Virus record (IMG/VR): IMGVR_UViG_3300020258_000011 | Coordinates: 1-42,408 of that record | Origin: a virus | Lineage: Duplodnaviria; Caudoviricetes | Length of the DNA stretch: 42,408 bases | Direction: 5' to 3' (one strand) | Part shown: one piece after another, positions 8,804 through 15,924 of the stretch | How the letters are laid out: every line of letters begins with the position of its first letter | Position numbering within the stretch: position 1 is the first letter of the stretch | The notes under the pieces: model-generated | Databases searched by the model: none | Told to the model about the DNA's origin: nothing | What the model saw: only the letters and a program-made list of their open reading frames with translations | Made by a program: the position numbers and the translations under genes

Positions 8804-9977
8804 AGTGTCCTCAATGGATGAGAACGTGAAGAGTCAAGTTAAGGGTATGACTGTGTTCAACCCTGAAGCACACAACACAAAGAAACAACCAATGTTTTTT
8901 GGTAAACCACTGGGAGTTCAAAGATACGATTCATATAAGTATCCTATCTTTGAGAAACTAACAACTCAGCAACTGGGATATTTCTGGAGACCTGAGGAGG
9001 TCTCTCTTCAGAAAGATCGTGGTGACTACCAGTCACTGCGTCCTGAGCAGAAGCATATCTATACTTCTAATCTGAAGTATCAAATTATGCTTGACTCCAT
9101 CCAAGGACGTGGTCCTGGTATGGCATTCATTCCCTACTGCTCCTTACCTGAATTGGAAGCATGTATGGAGGTCTGGGGGTTCATGGAGATGATCCATAGT
9201 CGCTCCTATACATATATTATCAAGAATGTTTATTCAGACCCCTCTGAGGTCTTTGATAAGATTGTCACTGATGAACGCATTCTTGAGCGTGCCAAGAGTG
9301 TCACTGAGTCCTATGATGATTTCATCAACAGTGCTCAGCAGTGGGGCAATGGTAACCTGTGGAAGGAAGACTTCCGTGGTACATATACCTCACAGACAGA
9401 TATCAGAGAAGTCAAAAGAAAACTTTATAGGGCAGTTGCCAATGTCAATATCTTGGAAGGAATCCGCTTTTATGTTTCTTTTGCTTGCAGCTTTGCTTTT
9501 GGTGAACTTAAACTCATGGAAGGTTCAGCAAAAATTATCTCCCTTATTGCCAGGGACGAAAACCAACATCTCGCTATAACTCAGAACATTCTGAACAAGT
9601 GGAGAGATGGTGATGACCCTGATATGAAGACCATTGCCAAGGAAGAGGAAGAGTGGGTCTATGCAATGTTTGATAGAACAGTCAATGAAGAGAAGAGATG
9701 GGCAGACTATCTGTTCAGAGATGGTTCAATGATTGGTCTCAATGACACACTTCTGAAGAAGTATGTTGAGTGGGTTGCCAATCGTAGGATGAAGGCACTA
9801 CATTTGAAGCCTGCATATGATGTTGCAGCAAAGAACAATCCCCTCCCCTGGACACAGCACTGGATCTCTTCTAAGGGTCTCCAAGTTGCACCTCAGGAGA
9901 CAGAGGTAGAGTCTTATGTTGTTGGAGGTATTAAGCAAGATGTCAAGAAAGACACCTTCTCTGGATTCCAACTCTAG
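8784..9977 (+). CDS. nrdB: Ribonucleotide reductase class Ia beta subunit
   Basis: FWRPEE, EMIHSRSY, LEGIRFY, RDENQH diiron motifs; APQETE tail. Confidence 0.97.
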   Translation: MNPVQFKVSSMDENVKSQVKGMTVFNPEAHNTKKQPMFFGKPLGVQRYDSYKYPIFEKLTTQQLGYFWRPEEVSLQKDRGDYQSLRPEQKHIYTSNLKYQIMLDSIQGRGPGMAFIPYCSLPELEACMEVWGFMEMIHSRSYTYIIKNVYSDPSEVFDKIVTDERILERAKSVTESYDDFINSAQQWGNGNLWKEDFRGTYTSQTDIREVKRKLYRAVANVNILEGIRFYVSFACSFAFGELKLMEGSAKIISLIARDENQHLAITQNILNKWRDGDDPDMKTIAKEEEEWVYAMFDRTVNEEKRWADYLFRDGSMIGLNDTLLKKYVEWVANRRMKALHLKPAYDVAAKNNPLPWTQHWISSKGLQVAPQETEVESYVVGGIKQDVKKDTFSGFQL

Positions 9978-10026
9978 GGTTGAAGCAAAGAGACAAGACG
10001 ACTGGTGGTTCCATGAGGAACCATCT

Positions 10027-10033
10027 CTAAATA
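10027..10033 (+). promoter_or_regulatory. Late promoter variant CTAAATA
   Basis: TAAATA core followed by GAGGAG SD and ATG at 10048. Confidence 0.55.
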
Positions 10034-10047
10034 ATGAGGAGAGTATT

Positions 10048-10392
10048 ATGACTAAGTGGAAGAAAAAGGTAAAGAATATCCTGAGTACCCCAATCCCTGG
10101 ACATATTGTGACAGGATCTTTGACGGGTCTCTTATTGGGGATAACTGGGGCTTTGTTTATCGTATTACCTGTAACCCCACAGAGAAGCAATACATTGGAA
10201 GAAAGTATTTCTTTCAAAAACGAAAGCCTAGAAATTCTCCTAATAGTGGAAGGAGGAGGAGAGTTACAAGTGAAAGCAACTGGCGCAACTACTATGGAAG
10301 TTCTGACGAACTTAAGGCAGATGTTGCCAAATATGGGAGAGACGCTTTTACTAGAGAAATCCTCTCCTTACACACTACACCAGGGCGTGTAA
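10048..10392 (+). CDS. Putative membrane protein overlapping the GIY-YIG gene in the +1 frame
   Basis: GAGGAG SD 6 nt before ATG; basic N-terminus then a hydrophobic helix. Confidence 0.5.
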   Translation: MTKWKKKVKNILSTPIPGHIVTGSLTGLLLGITGALFIVLPVTPQRSNTLEESISFKNESLEILLIVEGGGELQVKATGATTMEVLTNLRQMLPNMGETLLLEKSSPYTLHQGV

Positions 10393-10547
10393 ACTATGAG
10401 GAGACCAGGCAGTTGTTTTTACACAATGTGCTGACTGAGAGCTTGACAGATGGGACACCTGCATTTTACAATAGCAATGTCCTAGGCCGTTACTATAGGA
10501 AAGATTATTTTGATTTTAGAGACACTACTAGCACTGACCCCAATTGA
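10056..10547 (+). CDS. GIY-YIG family nuclease-like protein
   Basis: GFVY-x10-YIG motif, Y.GS, FYN; GTG start. Confidence 0.75.
   Translation: MEEKGKEYPEYPNPWTYCDRIFDGSLIGDNWGFVYRITCNPTEKQYIGRKYFFQKRKPRNSPNSGRRRRVTSESNWRNYYGSSDELKADVAKYGRDAFTREILSLHTTPGRVNYEETRQLFLHNVLTESLTDGTPAFYNSNVLGRYYRKDYFDFRDTTSTDPN
10443..10472 (+). promoter_or_regulatory. Sigma70-type promoter
   Basis: TTGACA-18-TACAAT upstream of the hydrolase ORF. Confidence 0.5.
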
Positions 10548-10908
10548 CTACCACCATCTTGCACGCACAGTGCAGGTAGAAGCAGCACTTGGTACTATGG
10601 ATGAGTACTGTGTAGCAACTTCTATTCTCAACAGAGTCAAGTCACCCCTTTATCCTAATACTGTTGCTGATGTGGTCTATGCACCTGGACAGTATGAAGG
10701 ACTTACATATTACAGACCAGTTGCAAATCAAACTCTGGTCAATGAAATGAAATCAGAAGTAGGGAGAGCAAAGTTTCTTACTGCATATTCAATCATTGGA
10801 GATAGAACAGACTTTAAGGGGCAGACTATGCTTCCTTTCAGGGTATCAAGTCAAGACCCAATGTGTCATTCAAGAGGTAACTTCTTTCATTATCACTGGC
10901 AATCATGA
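10510..10908 (+). CDS. Cell wall hydrolase (SleB/Hydrolase_2 family)
   Basis: VEA...VA..ILNRV.S..YP.TV..VVY.PGQY motif. Confidence 0.85.
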   Translation: MILETLLALTPIDYHHLARTVQVEAALGTMDEYCVATSILNRVKSPLYPNTVADVVYAPGQYEGLTYYRPVANQTLVNEMKSEVGRAKFLTAYSIIGDRTDFKGQTMLPFRVSSQDPMCHSRGNFFHYHWQS

Positions 10909-11270
10909 TTTTCAGCAGATTCAAAAACAAGGTAAAGCAAGTCATTGAGACACAGACTACTCTCTTACAAAAGAAAGCAGGCACATTCAAGATTGAAGAT
11001 GTTAAAGATGATTTGGGTGATGATTACACAGGGGTTCCCGCACCTGTAATTGCTCCTACTGATCCTTGGTTTACTGATCCACCACTAACTGAAAAGCAAA
11101 TGGATTATATGGAGAGGGAAACTGAAATCAAGAAGCAGGAGAGTGGTAACGAAGATCCAGAAATCCATCAGAAGATGTATGAGGTTGCCACAGAGAACTG
11201 GAGCACAGTTCAGGACATTGATGAGGGTTGGATGTCAGGCACTGGATATCAAGGTCAATTCAAGGGTTGA
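10905..11270 (+). CDS. Hypothetical protein
   Basis: ATGA-coupled ORF. Confidence 0.65.
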   Translation: MIFSRFKNKVKQVIETQTTLLQKKAGTFKIEDVKDDLGDDYTGVPAPVIAPTDPWFTDPPLTEKQMDYMERETEIKKQESGNEDPEIHQKMYEVATENWSTVQDIDEGWMSGTGYQGQFKG

Positions 11271-11295
11271 CAATCCCCTAAGCATCAGGTATATT
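11267..11295 (+). promoter_or_regulatory. Sigma70-type promoter of the tRNA/ncRNA operon
   Basis: TTGACA-17-TATATT. Confidence 0.75.
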
Positions 11296-11300
11296 ATAAA

Positions 11301-11366
11301 GGTGGTTGAGAGACCACTGCTGTGCTCCCCTTGCTAGTTCAGGAGTAGAGGCGATAGGAACTAGCA
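11301..11366 (+). ncRNA. Candidate pseudoknotted leader RNA
   Basis: GTGGT/ACCAC hairpin; TGCTAGTTC/GAACTAGCA stem; TGCTCC can pair with GGAGTA in the loop. Confidence 0.45.
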
Positions 11367-11369
11367 CCT

Positions 11370-11443
11370 GGGTCCTTAGTTCAGATGGATAGAACAACAG
11401 CCTTCTAAGCTGTGTGTCACAGGTTCGAGTCCTGTAGGACCTG
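11370..11443 (+). tRNA. tRNA-Arg(TCT)
   Basis: Full cloverleaf; ACAGC-CTTCTAA-GCTGT anticodon arm; TTCGA T-loop. Confidence 0.95.
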
Positions 11444-11466
11444 TTAGAGAACTGATCATTCTCTAT

Positions 11467-11646
11467 AGGGTATGCCAGAATAACAGATGTGGTCATGCAC
11501 TCTGTAATGGTGAAGTAAGTCAGGGGTGGTGCCCGCTGTGGAAGCACAGAACTCTAACCAAGAGGACTGAAAAGAATGAGGATCACTATTACTACTAGTG
11601 AGACCATCTTCATTGAGGGTATAGTATAATCCCTCTACCCACCCAT
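11467..11646 (+). ncRNA. Multi-stem structured ncRNA between tRNAs (manA-type candidate)
   Basis: At least five hairpins, no credible ORF, tRNA-flanked; family identity unverified. Confidence 0.55.
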
Positions 11647-11719
11647 GCCATTCTAGCTCAGCTGGTAGAGCAGGTCTTTTGTAAAGATCAGGTCGCAGGT
11701 TCAAGTCCTGTGAATGGCT
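11647..11719 (+). tRNA. tRNA-Thr(TGT)
   Basis: Cloverleaf GCCATTC/GAATGGC; anticodon loop TTTGTAA. Confidence 0.95.
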
Positions 11720-11721
11720 CT

Positions 11722-11759
11722 GGGGATTGGTACACCTCCACCCACCAGTATCAATCCCC
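11722..11759 (+). other. 12-bp hairpin with a C-rich loop (ACCTCCACCCACCA)
   Basis: GGGGATTGGTAC/GTATCAATCCCC stem fills the Thr-Gly tRNA spacer. Confidence 0.7.
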
Positions 11760-11762
11760 TCT

Positions 11763-11834
11763 GCGGATGTAGTTCAGTGGTAGAACGTCAGCCTTCCAAG
11801 CTGAATGTCAGGGGTTCAAGTCCCCTTATCCGCT
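11763..11834 (+). tRNA. tRNA-Gly(TCC)
   Basis: Cloverleaf GCGGATG/TATCCGC; TCAGC-CTTCCAA-GCTGA. Confidence 0.95.
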
Positions 11835-11849
11835 TGTCCTCTTTATATT

Positions 11850-12020
11850 ATGGACCCTGTAAAAATCTTACTTTTAATATCAGATTTAGAGGGGAGTCAC
11901 CATCACCTTAGAATAAATGGTTTTGATGAGGACAAAGATACAATCAGAGAAATCTGTAATAGATACTACAAACTCTATTTCAAACTCTGTAAAGAACAAG
12001 GGAGAAATCCTTACGGGTGA
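11850..12020 (+). CDS. Hypothetical protein (56 aa, MDPVKILLL...)
   Basis: ATG after tRNA-Gly; stop codon lies inside tRNA-Val. Confidence 0.6.
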   Translation: MDPVKILLLISDLEGSHHHLRINGFDEDKDTIREICNRYYKLYFKLCKEQGRNPYG

Positions 12021-12086
12021 ATAACTCAGTGGTAGAGTTCCTCCTTTACACGGAGGCAGTCGGGGGTTCAAGTCCCTCTTCACCCA
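12015..12086 (+). tRNA. tRNA-Val(TAC)
   Basis: Cloverleaf GGGTGAA/TTCACCC; CCTCC-TTTACAC-GGAGG. Confidence 0.95.
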
Positions 12087-12111
12087 TTCTTGATAGGAGG
12101 ACCATGGTCCA

Positions 12112-12360
12112 ATGCTTAAAGTCAGATGTAAGTCCTGTAACAGGGAGATTATTAGCTCAACCAAGACACAATCTTGTGGTTGTCCAAATATGCTAACAGT
12201 GAAGGAGGATAACATTACAGCGGTTGACCTAAATAAGGTCATTATGTTAAACTCAAACAAGGAAACCAAACAAAAAGGAGTCCTTACTTCTCAAGATCTT
12301 GCATACCAGGAAGAGAGAAGACATAGAAAAGTTCGTAAGTTGGACTTTGATATCAGATAG
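12112..12360 (+). CDS. Small Cys-motif (CxxC...CxC) hypothetical protein
   Basis: AGGAGG SD upstream; an in-frame ATG at 12103-12106 region was not resolved. Confidence 0.7.
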   Translation: MLKVRCKSCNREIISSTKTQSCGCPNMLTVKEDNITAVDLNKVIMLNSNKETKQKGVLTSQDLAYQEERRHRKVRKLDFDIR

Positions 12361-12543
12361 ATGCCTCACCGTATGCCTAAAATCAAACCAGAACATCTCC
12401 TCACTAAGAAAGAGTGTGAGAAAATGATTGATGCAGCAATAGACAGGCACAATAAAACTGCCACTGTAATCAGCGCATGTTTAGGATCAGTTCTCCTGTT
12501 CTTTTATGCAGATGGATTACTAAGAGTGGTTGGTTATTGGTAA
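12361..12543 (+). CDS. Small membrane protein
   Basis: C-terminal hydrophobic helix. Confidence 0.65.
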   Translation: MPHRMPKIKPEHLLTKKECEKMIDAAIDRHNKTATVISACLGSVLLFFYADGLLRVVGYW

Positions 12544-12544
12544 T

Positions 12545-12629
12545 GGAAGATTGGCAGAGTGGTTGATTGCGTTAGTCTTGAAAACTAATAAGGGTAATAC
12601 CTTCCAGGGTTCGAATCCCTGATCTTCCT
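12545..12629 (+). tRNA. tRNA-Ser(TGA)
   Basis: Cloverleaf with long variable arm; TTAGT-CTTGAAA-ACTAA. Confidence 0.93.
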
Positions 12630-12649
12630 CTATTATACATATAATAACT

Positions 12650-12820
12650 ATGGATTTTTACTCCGTGGAATACTGGCAAAAGAACTGGGAAACTCTTCTG
12701 GAAAGAGTAGAAGATGGTGAAACAATAGGTGTGGAAAATAGTAGGGGTGAGAGAGCAGTAATGACACCAGCGGATGATGAACTCATACGCATATACACAG
12801 ACCACAATGAAGGTTCCTGA
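12650..12820 (+). CDS. 56-aa protein resembling a Phd/YefM antitoxin N-terminal domain
   Basis: MDFYSVEYWQKNWETLLERVEDGETIGVENSRGERAVM pattern; below the ORF-track cutoff. Confidence 0.55.
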   Translation: MDFYSVEYWQKNWETLLERVEDGETIGVENSRGERAVMTPADDELIRIYTDHNEGS

Positions 12821-12892
12821 GGGACTGTCGCATATTGGTTAATGCTCACTGCTTATAACGGTGTAAACTGGGTTCAATTCCCAGCAGTCTCA
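12821..12892 (+). tRNA. tRNA-Ile(TAT)
   Basis: GGGACTG/CAGTCTC acceptor; CACTG-CTTATAA-CGGTG anticodon arm; TTCAATT T-loop. Confidence 0.85.
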
Positions 12893-12895
12893 CTG

Positions 12896-12968
12896 GCTTC
12901 CTTAGCAATCTGGTGAATGCAGCAAACTCATAATTTGCCTAAGGAGAGTTCGATCCTCTCAGGAAGCA
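12896..12968 (+). tRNA. tRNA-CAT (elongator Met or Ile2)
   Basis: GCTTCCT/AGGAAGC acceptor; GCAAA-CTCATAA-TTTGC; lacks initiator features. Confidence 0.85.
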
Positions 12969-12993
12969 TAGGACAGATTCTTGTCTGTCCCTA

Positions 12994-13022
12994 TTGACTC
13001 ATAGAGTCCACTGTCCTATAAT
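12994..13022 (+). promoter_or_regulatory. Sigma70-type promoter
   Basis: TTGACT-17-TATAAT. Confidence 0.8.
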
Positions 13023-13044
13023 ATAAAAGTCAACACACAAGACA

Positions 13045-13260
13045 ATGACTATTACTTCTAAGTTCAAAAAAGACATTACTACTCTTCGTTCTGCAGTTCA
13101 AGGTGATTTCTTTCTGGATGTAAAGAATCCAAAACTTTACAAGAAGGTTCGCAAGTTCTATGAAAATGATGGAGTAGTCTTTTCTGGTGATCCCCTTGAT
13201 GATTATGATATTCTCATTGACTGCATTGCAGAAGATCTCCAGACCACTGAAGTTGCTTGA
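13045..13260 (+). CDS. Conserved cyanophage hypothetical protein
   Basis: ORF directly after the promoter. Confidence 0.7.
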   Translation: MTITSKFKKDITTLRSAVQGDFFLDVKNPKLYKKVRKFYENDGVVFSGDPLDDYDILIDCIAEDLQTTEVA

Positions 13261-13262
13261 TT

Positions 13263-13517
13263 ATGAAAGTCACTAGGAAACCAACTGTTCTTCTAGAACG
13301 TTTTCCCTATAGATACATTCAGGTTGGTAAGTTGGAAATCAATGGACAACCTGATTGTCGTATTCAAAAGGTGGATTCCTATACAGGAAAATACAGAGAC
13401 ATGTATCTTTGTGACAATGAAATGCAGTTGATGACTGCTATGGAAGATCATGATTATACATGTTGGTTGGACCCTGATGGTGTTCCTGCTTATGTCAAAG
13501 ACTCGGTAAGTCGTTAA
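13263..13517 (+). CDS. Conserved cyanophage hypothetical protein
   Basis: ATG at 13263 in frame with the listed ORF. Confidence 0.7.
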   Translation: MKVTRKPTVLLERFPYRYIQVGKLEINGQPDCRIQKVDSYTGKYRDMYLCDNEMQLMTAMEDHDYTCWLDPDGVPAYVKDSVSR

Positions 13518-13640
13518 ACTAGCCCTGGTCGGGATGGGTCATATGACCCCCTTGGTTTCCTAGTTCCTAAAACTAGGTGGTGGAGTCAAATCCCATGGTT
13601 TCTTGTTTCCATACAAAGAACAAGTGGCGTGCATGTAAGA
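13497..13640 (+). ncRNA. Cyanophage cis-regulatory RNA with two UGGYG-ended modules (wcaG- or manA-type)
   Basis: Tandem GGTTTC-stem-TGGYG units; upstream of an NDP-sugar epimerase gene. Confidence 0.6.
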
Positions 13641-13645
13641 CCTTC

Positions 13646-13674
13646 AAGGAGACCTCGAGGGGTCTCCTTTTTTT
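13646..13674 (+). terminator. Rho-independent terminator
   Basis: AAGGAGACC...GGTCTCCTT followed by a T-run. Confidence 0.85.
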
Positions 13675-13704
13675 CTAAATAGGGATAGCATTTATTGAAA
13701 ACAT

Positions 13705-13971
13705 ATGGCATACAAAGGCACAGCAGCAAAGTCTTCAAGTGGAGCTTCCATGTCAAAATATGATGTAGAAGTTGAAGCAAGACTTAAAGCATTGGAAGCA
13801 AAAGTTGTAGAACTGGGTGCAAAGTGTGATGAGAGAGCAGCTGCTGCTCCTGCAGCATCAGCAGGTGATGGTGGAAAGGTTGACAAGTTGATTGAGGCAC
13901 TCAACAGGGTAGACTCAATCACTGAGTATTTCCCTAAAGGTGAAGATGGTGTCAGAAAGATTGACCTCTGA
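13705..13971 (+). CDS. Hypothetical coiled-coil protein
   Basis: CTAAATA late motif at 13675 upstream. Confidence 0.7.
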   Translation: MAYKGTAAKSSSGASMSKYDVEVEARLKALEAKVVELGAKCDERAAAAPAASAGDGGKVDKLIEALNRVDSITEYFPKGEDGVRKIDL

Positions 13972-13989
13972 CCACTGAACCTCTATAAT
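13961..13989 (+). promoter_or_regulatory. Sigma70-type promoter of the glycan island
   Basis: TTGACC-17-TATAAT. Confidence 0.75.
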
Positions 13990-14011
13990 TAATTACAAAC
14001 ACTATTTTAAC

Positions 14012-15118
14012 ATGTCTGAATATAGGAAGACAGCACTGGTATTAGGTGCTGGTGGATTTATTGGTAGTCACATGGTCAATAGACTGCGTGAAGAAGGATA
14101 TTGGGTGCGTGGAGTTGACCTCAAGACACCTGAGTTTGGTGAGACAGGAGCAAATGAGTTCATCACTGGTGACTTGCGTGATGTGAAATTTGTAGAAAGA
14201 GTCATTCAATTCAAAGGATTCAATGGTAACTTCTATGGAGAAGTTCCCTACCAATATATTGAACCCTTTGATGAGATCTATCAGTTTGCTGCTGATATGG
14301 GTGGAGCAGGTTTTGTCTTCACTGGTGAGAATGATGCAGATATTATGCACAACTCTGTGACCATCAACCTCAATGTCCTTGAGGAAGTTCGTAAGTTGAA
14401 TGAAACATTCACTGGTAATGAACCACCAGCAGTTGGTCAGCATCGCCCCAACCTTGATCAACCCACTAAAATCTTTTACTCTGGATCTGCTTGCATGTAT
14501 CCTGAGCACAATCAAGTAGACCCTAATAACCCTGACTGTCGTGAAGAATCAGCATACCCAGCAGCACCAGACTCAGAATATGGATGGGAAAAGCTCTTTA
14601 GCGAAAGACTTTACCTTGCTTACAACCGCAATCACGGTATTCCTGTTCGTATTGCTAGGTATCACAACATCTTTGGTCCTGAAGGAACCTGGGAAGGAGG
14701 AAGAGAGAAAGCACCAGCTGCAATCTGCCGTAAGGTGGCTTACCTCCCAGAGACAGGTGGATCTATCGAGGTGTGGGGAGATGGCTTACAAACTCGTTCC
14801 TTCTTGTACATTGACGAATGCATTGAAGCAACTAGAAGACTAATGAAATCAGACTTCATTGGACCAGTGAATATTGGTTCTGAAGAGATGGTTACTATCA
14901 ATCAACTGGTGGAAATTGCTGCTAGGGTTTCAGGTAAAGTTGTCAGGAAGATTTATAAACTTGATGCACCTCTGGGTGTGAGGGGTAGGAACTCTAACAA
15001 TGATCTCATTAGAGAGAAACTTGGATGGGACTATGAGATGACTCTTGAAGAAGGGATTCGTTACACATATCACTGGATCCAGGAGCAAACTAAACTAAAG
15101 ACGCGTCATCAATTGTGA
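14012..15118 (+). CDS. NAD-dependent epimerase, GDP-mannose 3,5-epimerase-like
   Basis: GAGGFIG, AADMGG.GF, YGWEK, GGREKAPAA.CRK, WGDG.QTRSF. Confidence 0.9.
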   Translation: MSEYRKTALVLGAGGFIGSHMVNRLREEGYWVRGVDLKTPEFGETGANEFITGDLRDVKFVERVIQFKGFNGNFYGEVPYQYIEPFDEIYQFAADMGGAGFVFTGENDADIMHNSVTINLNVLEEVRKLNETFTGNEPPAVGQHRPNLDQPTKIFYSGSACMYPEHNQVDPNNPDCREESAYPAAPDSEYGWEKLFSERLYLAYNRNHGIPVRIARYHNIFGPEGTWEGGREKAPAAICRKVAYLPETGGSIEVWGDGLQTRSFLYIDECIEATRRLMKSDFIGPVNIGSEEMVTINQLVEIAARVSGKVVRKIYKLDAPLGVRGRNSNNDLIREKLGWDYEMTLEEGIRYTYHWIQEQTKLKTRHQL

Positions 15119-15924
15119 TTGGATTCAATTATCTTGGTAAACTGGGGCAACTGGGTAATCAGATGTTCCAGTATGCTGCTGTAAAAGGCATTGCAGCAAA
15201 CAGGGGATATAGTTATTGTATCCCCCACCACAATGAAGTTATTACTGATGTTCTTGGTAACAAACTAAGGATTGAACTGTTTAGTGTATTCAAGATGAGT
15301 ACATTTAGTTCTCTGAATGCACAGATTATTGACCAGAATAGACCCAATGTTCAAGAGGGTGGTTTTGATTTCAATGAAGAACTATTCAATCAATGTCCTG
15401 ACTGGGTGAATCTTGTTGGGTTCTTTCAGACAGAGAAGTATTTTAAGAACATTGAGGATGTAATTCGTAAGGACTTTGAGTTCTATGATGAGATCAAAGA
15501 TCCATGTGTGGAGATGATGTCTGGTGTTGATAATCCTGTTGCACTTCATATCAGAAGGGGTGACTTCTTAAAAAATGCAGGCAATCATCACAACCTGAGC
15601 ATCAGTTACTATGAGAAAGCACTGACTAGATTTGATGGTAGAAATGTAATTATATTCTCTGATGATCCAGAGTGGTGCAAGCAGCAAAAACTATTCTCTG
15701 ATGATAGATTCCTGGTAGCAGAGGGCAACACAAGTTATGTTGATCTGTGTTTGATGTCTTTGTGTTCAGACTTCATCATTGCTAACTCTACATTCTCTTG
15801 GTGGGGTGCTTGGTTAGCAAACAAGGGCAAAGTGGTTGCTCCATCAGTATGGTTTGGACCTAACAATGCACACTTAGATATCAAAGATTTGTATCCAGAT
15901 AAATGGGAGGTAATAGATGAGTGA
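15115..15924 (+). CDS. Alpha-1,2-fucosyltransferase (GT11)
   Basis: G.LGNQMFQYA, HIRRGD, NSTFSWWGAWL. Confidence 0.92.
   Translation: MIGFNYLGKLGQLGNQMFQYAAVKGIAANRGYSYCIPHHNEVITDVLGNKLRIELFSVFKMSTFSSLNAQIIDQNRPNVQEGGFDFNEELFNQCPDWVNLVGFFQTEKYFKNIEDVIRKDFEFYDEIKDPCVEMMSGVDNPVALHIRRGDFLKNAGNHHNLSISYYEKALTRFDGRNVIIFSDDPEWCKQQKLFSDDRFLVAEGNTSYVDLCLMSLCSDFIIANSTFSWWGAWLANKGKVVAPSVWFGPNNAHLDIKDLYPDKWEVIDE

Noticed and set aside
9916-10047. Upstream extension of the 158-aa track ORF
   Set aside because: The late motif and SD support ATG 10048 instead
6503-10547. Intron, intein or intron-encoded homing endonuclease in nrdA/nrdB
   Set aside because: Both genes are continuous and of normal length; the GIY-YIG ORF is free-standing
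11467-11646. RNase P RNA, tmRNA or cobalamin riboswitch identity for the inter-tRNA RNA
   Set aside because: Diagnostic conserved sequences are absent and it is too short for RNase P RNA or tmRNA
11143-11911. ORFs overlapping the tRNA/ncRNA cluster
   Set aside because: Explained by tRNA cloverleaves and RNA stems
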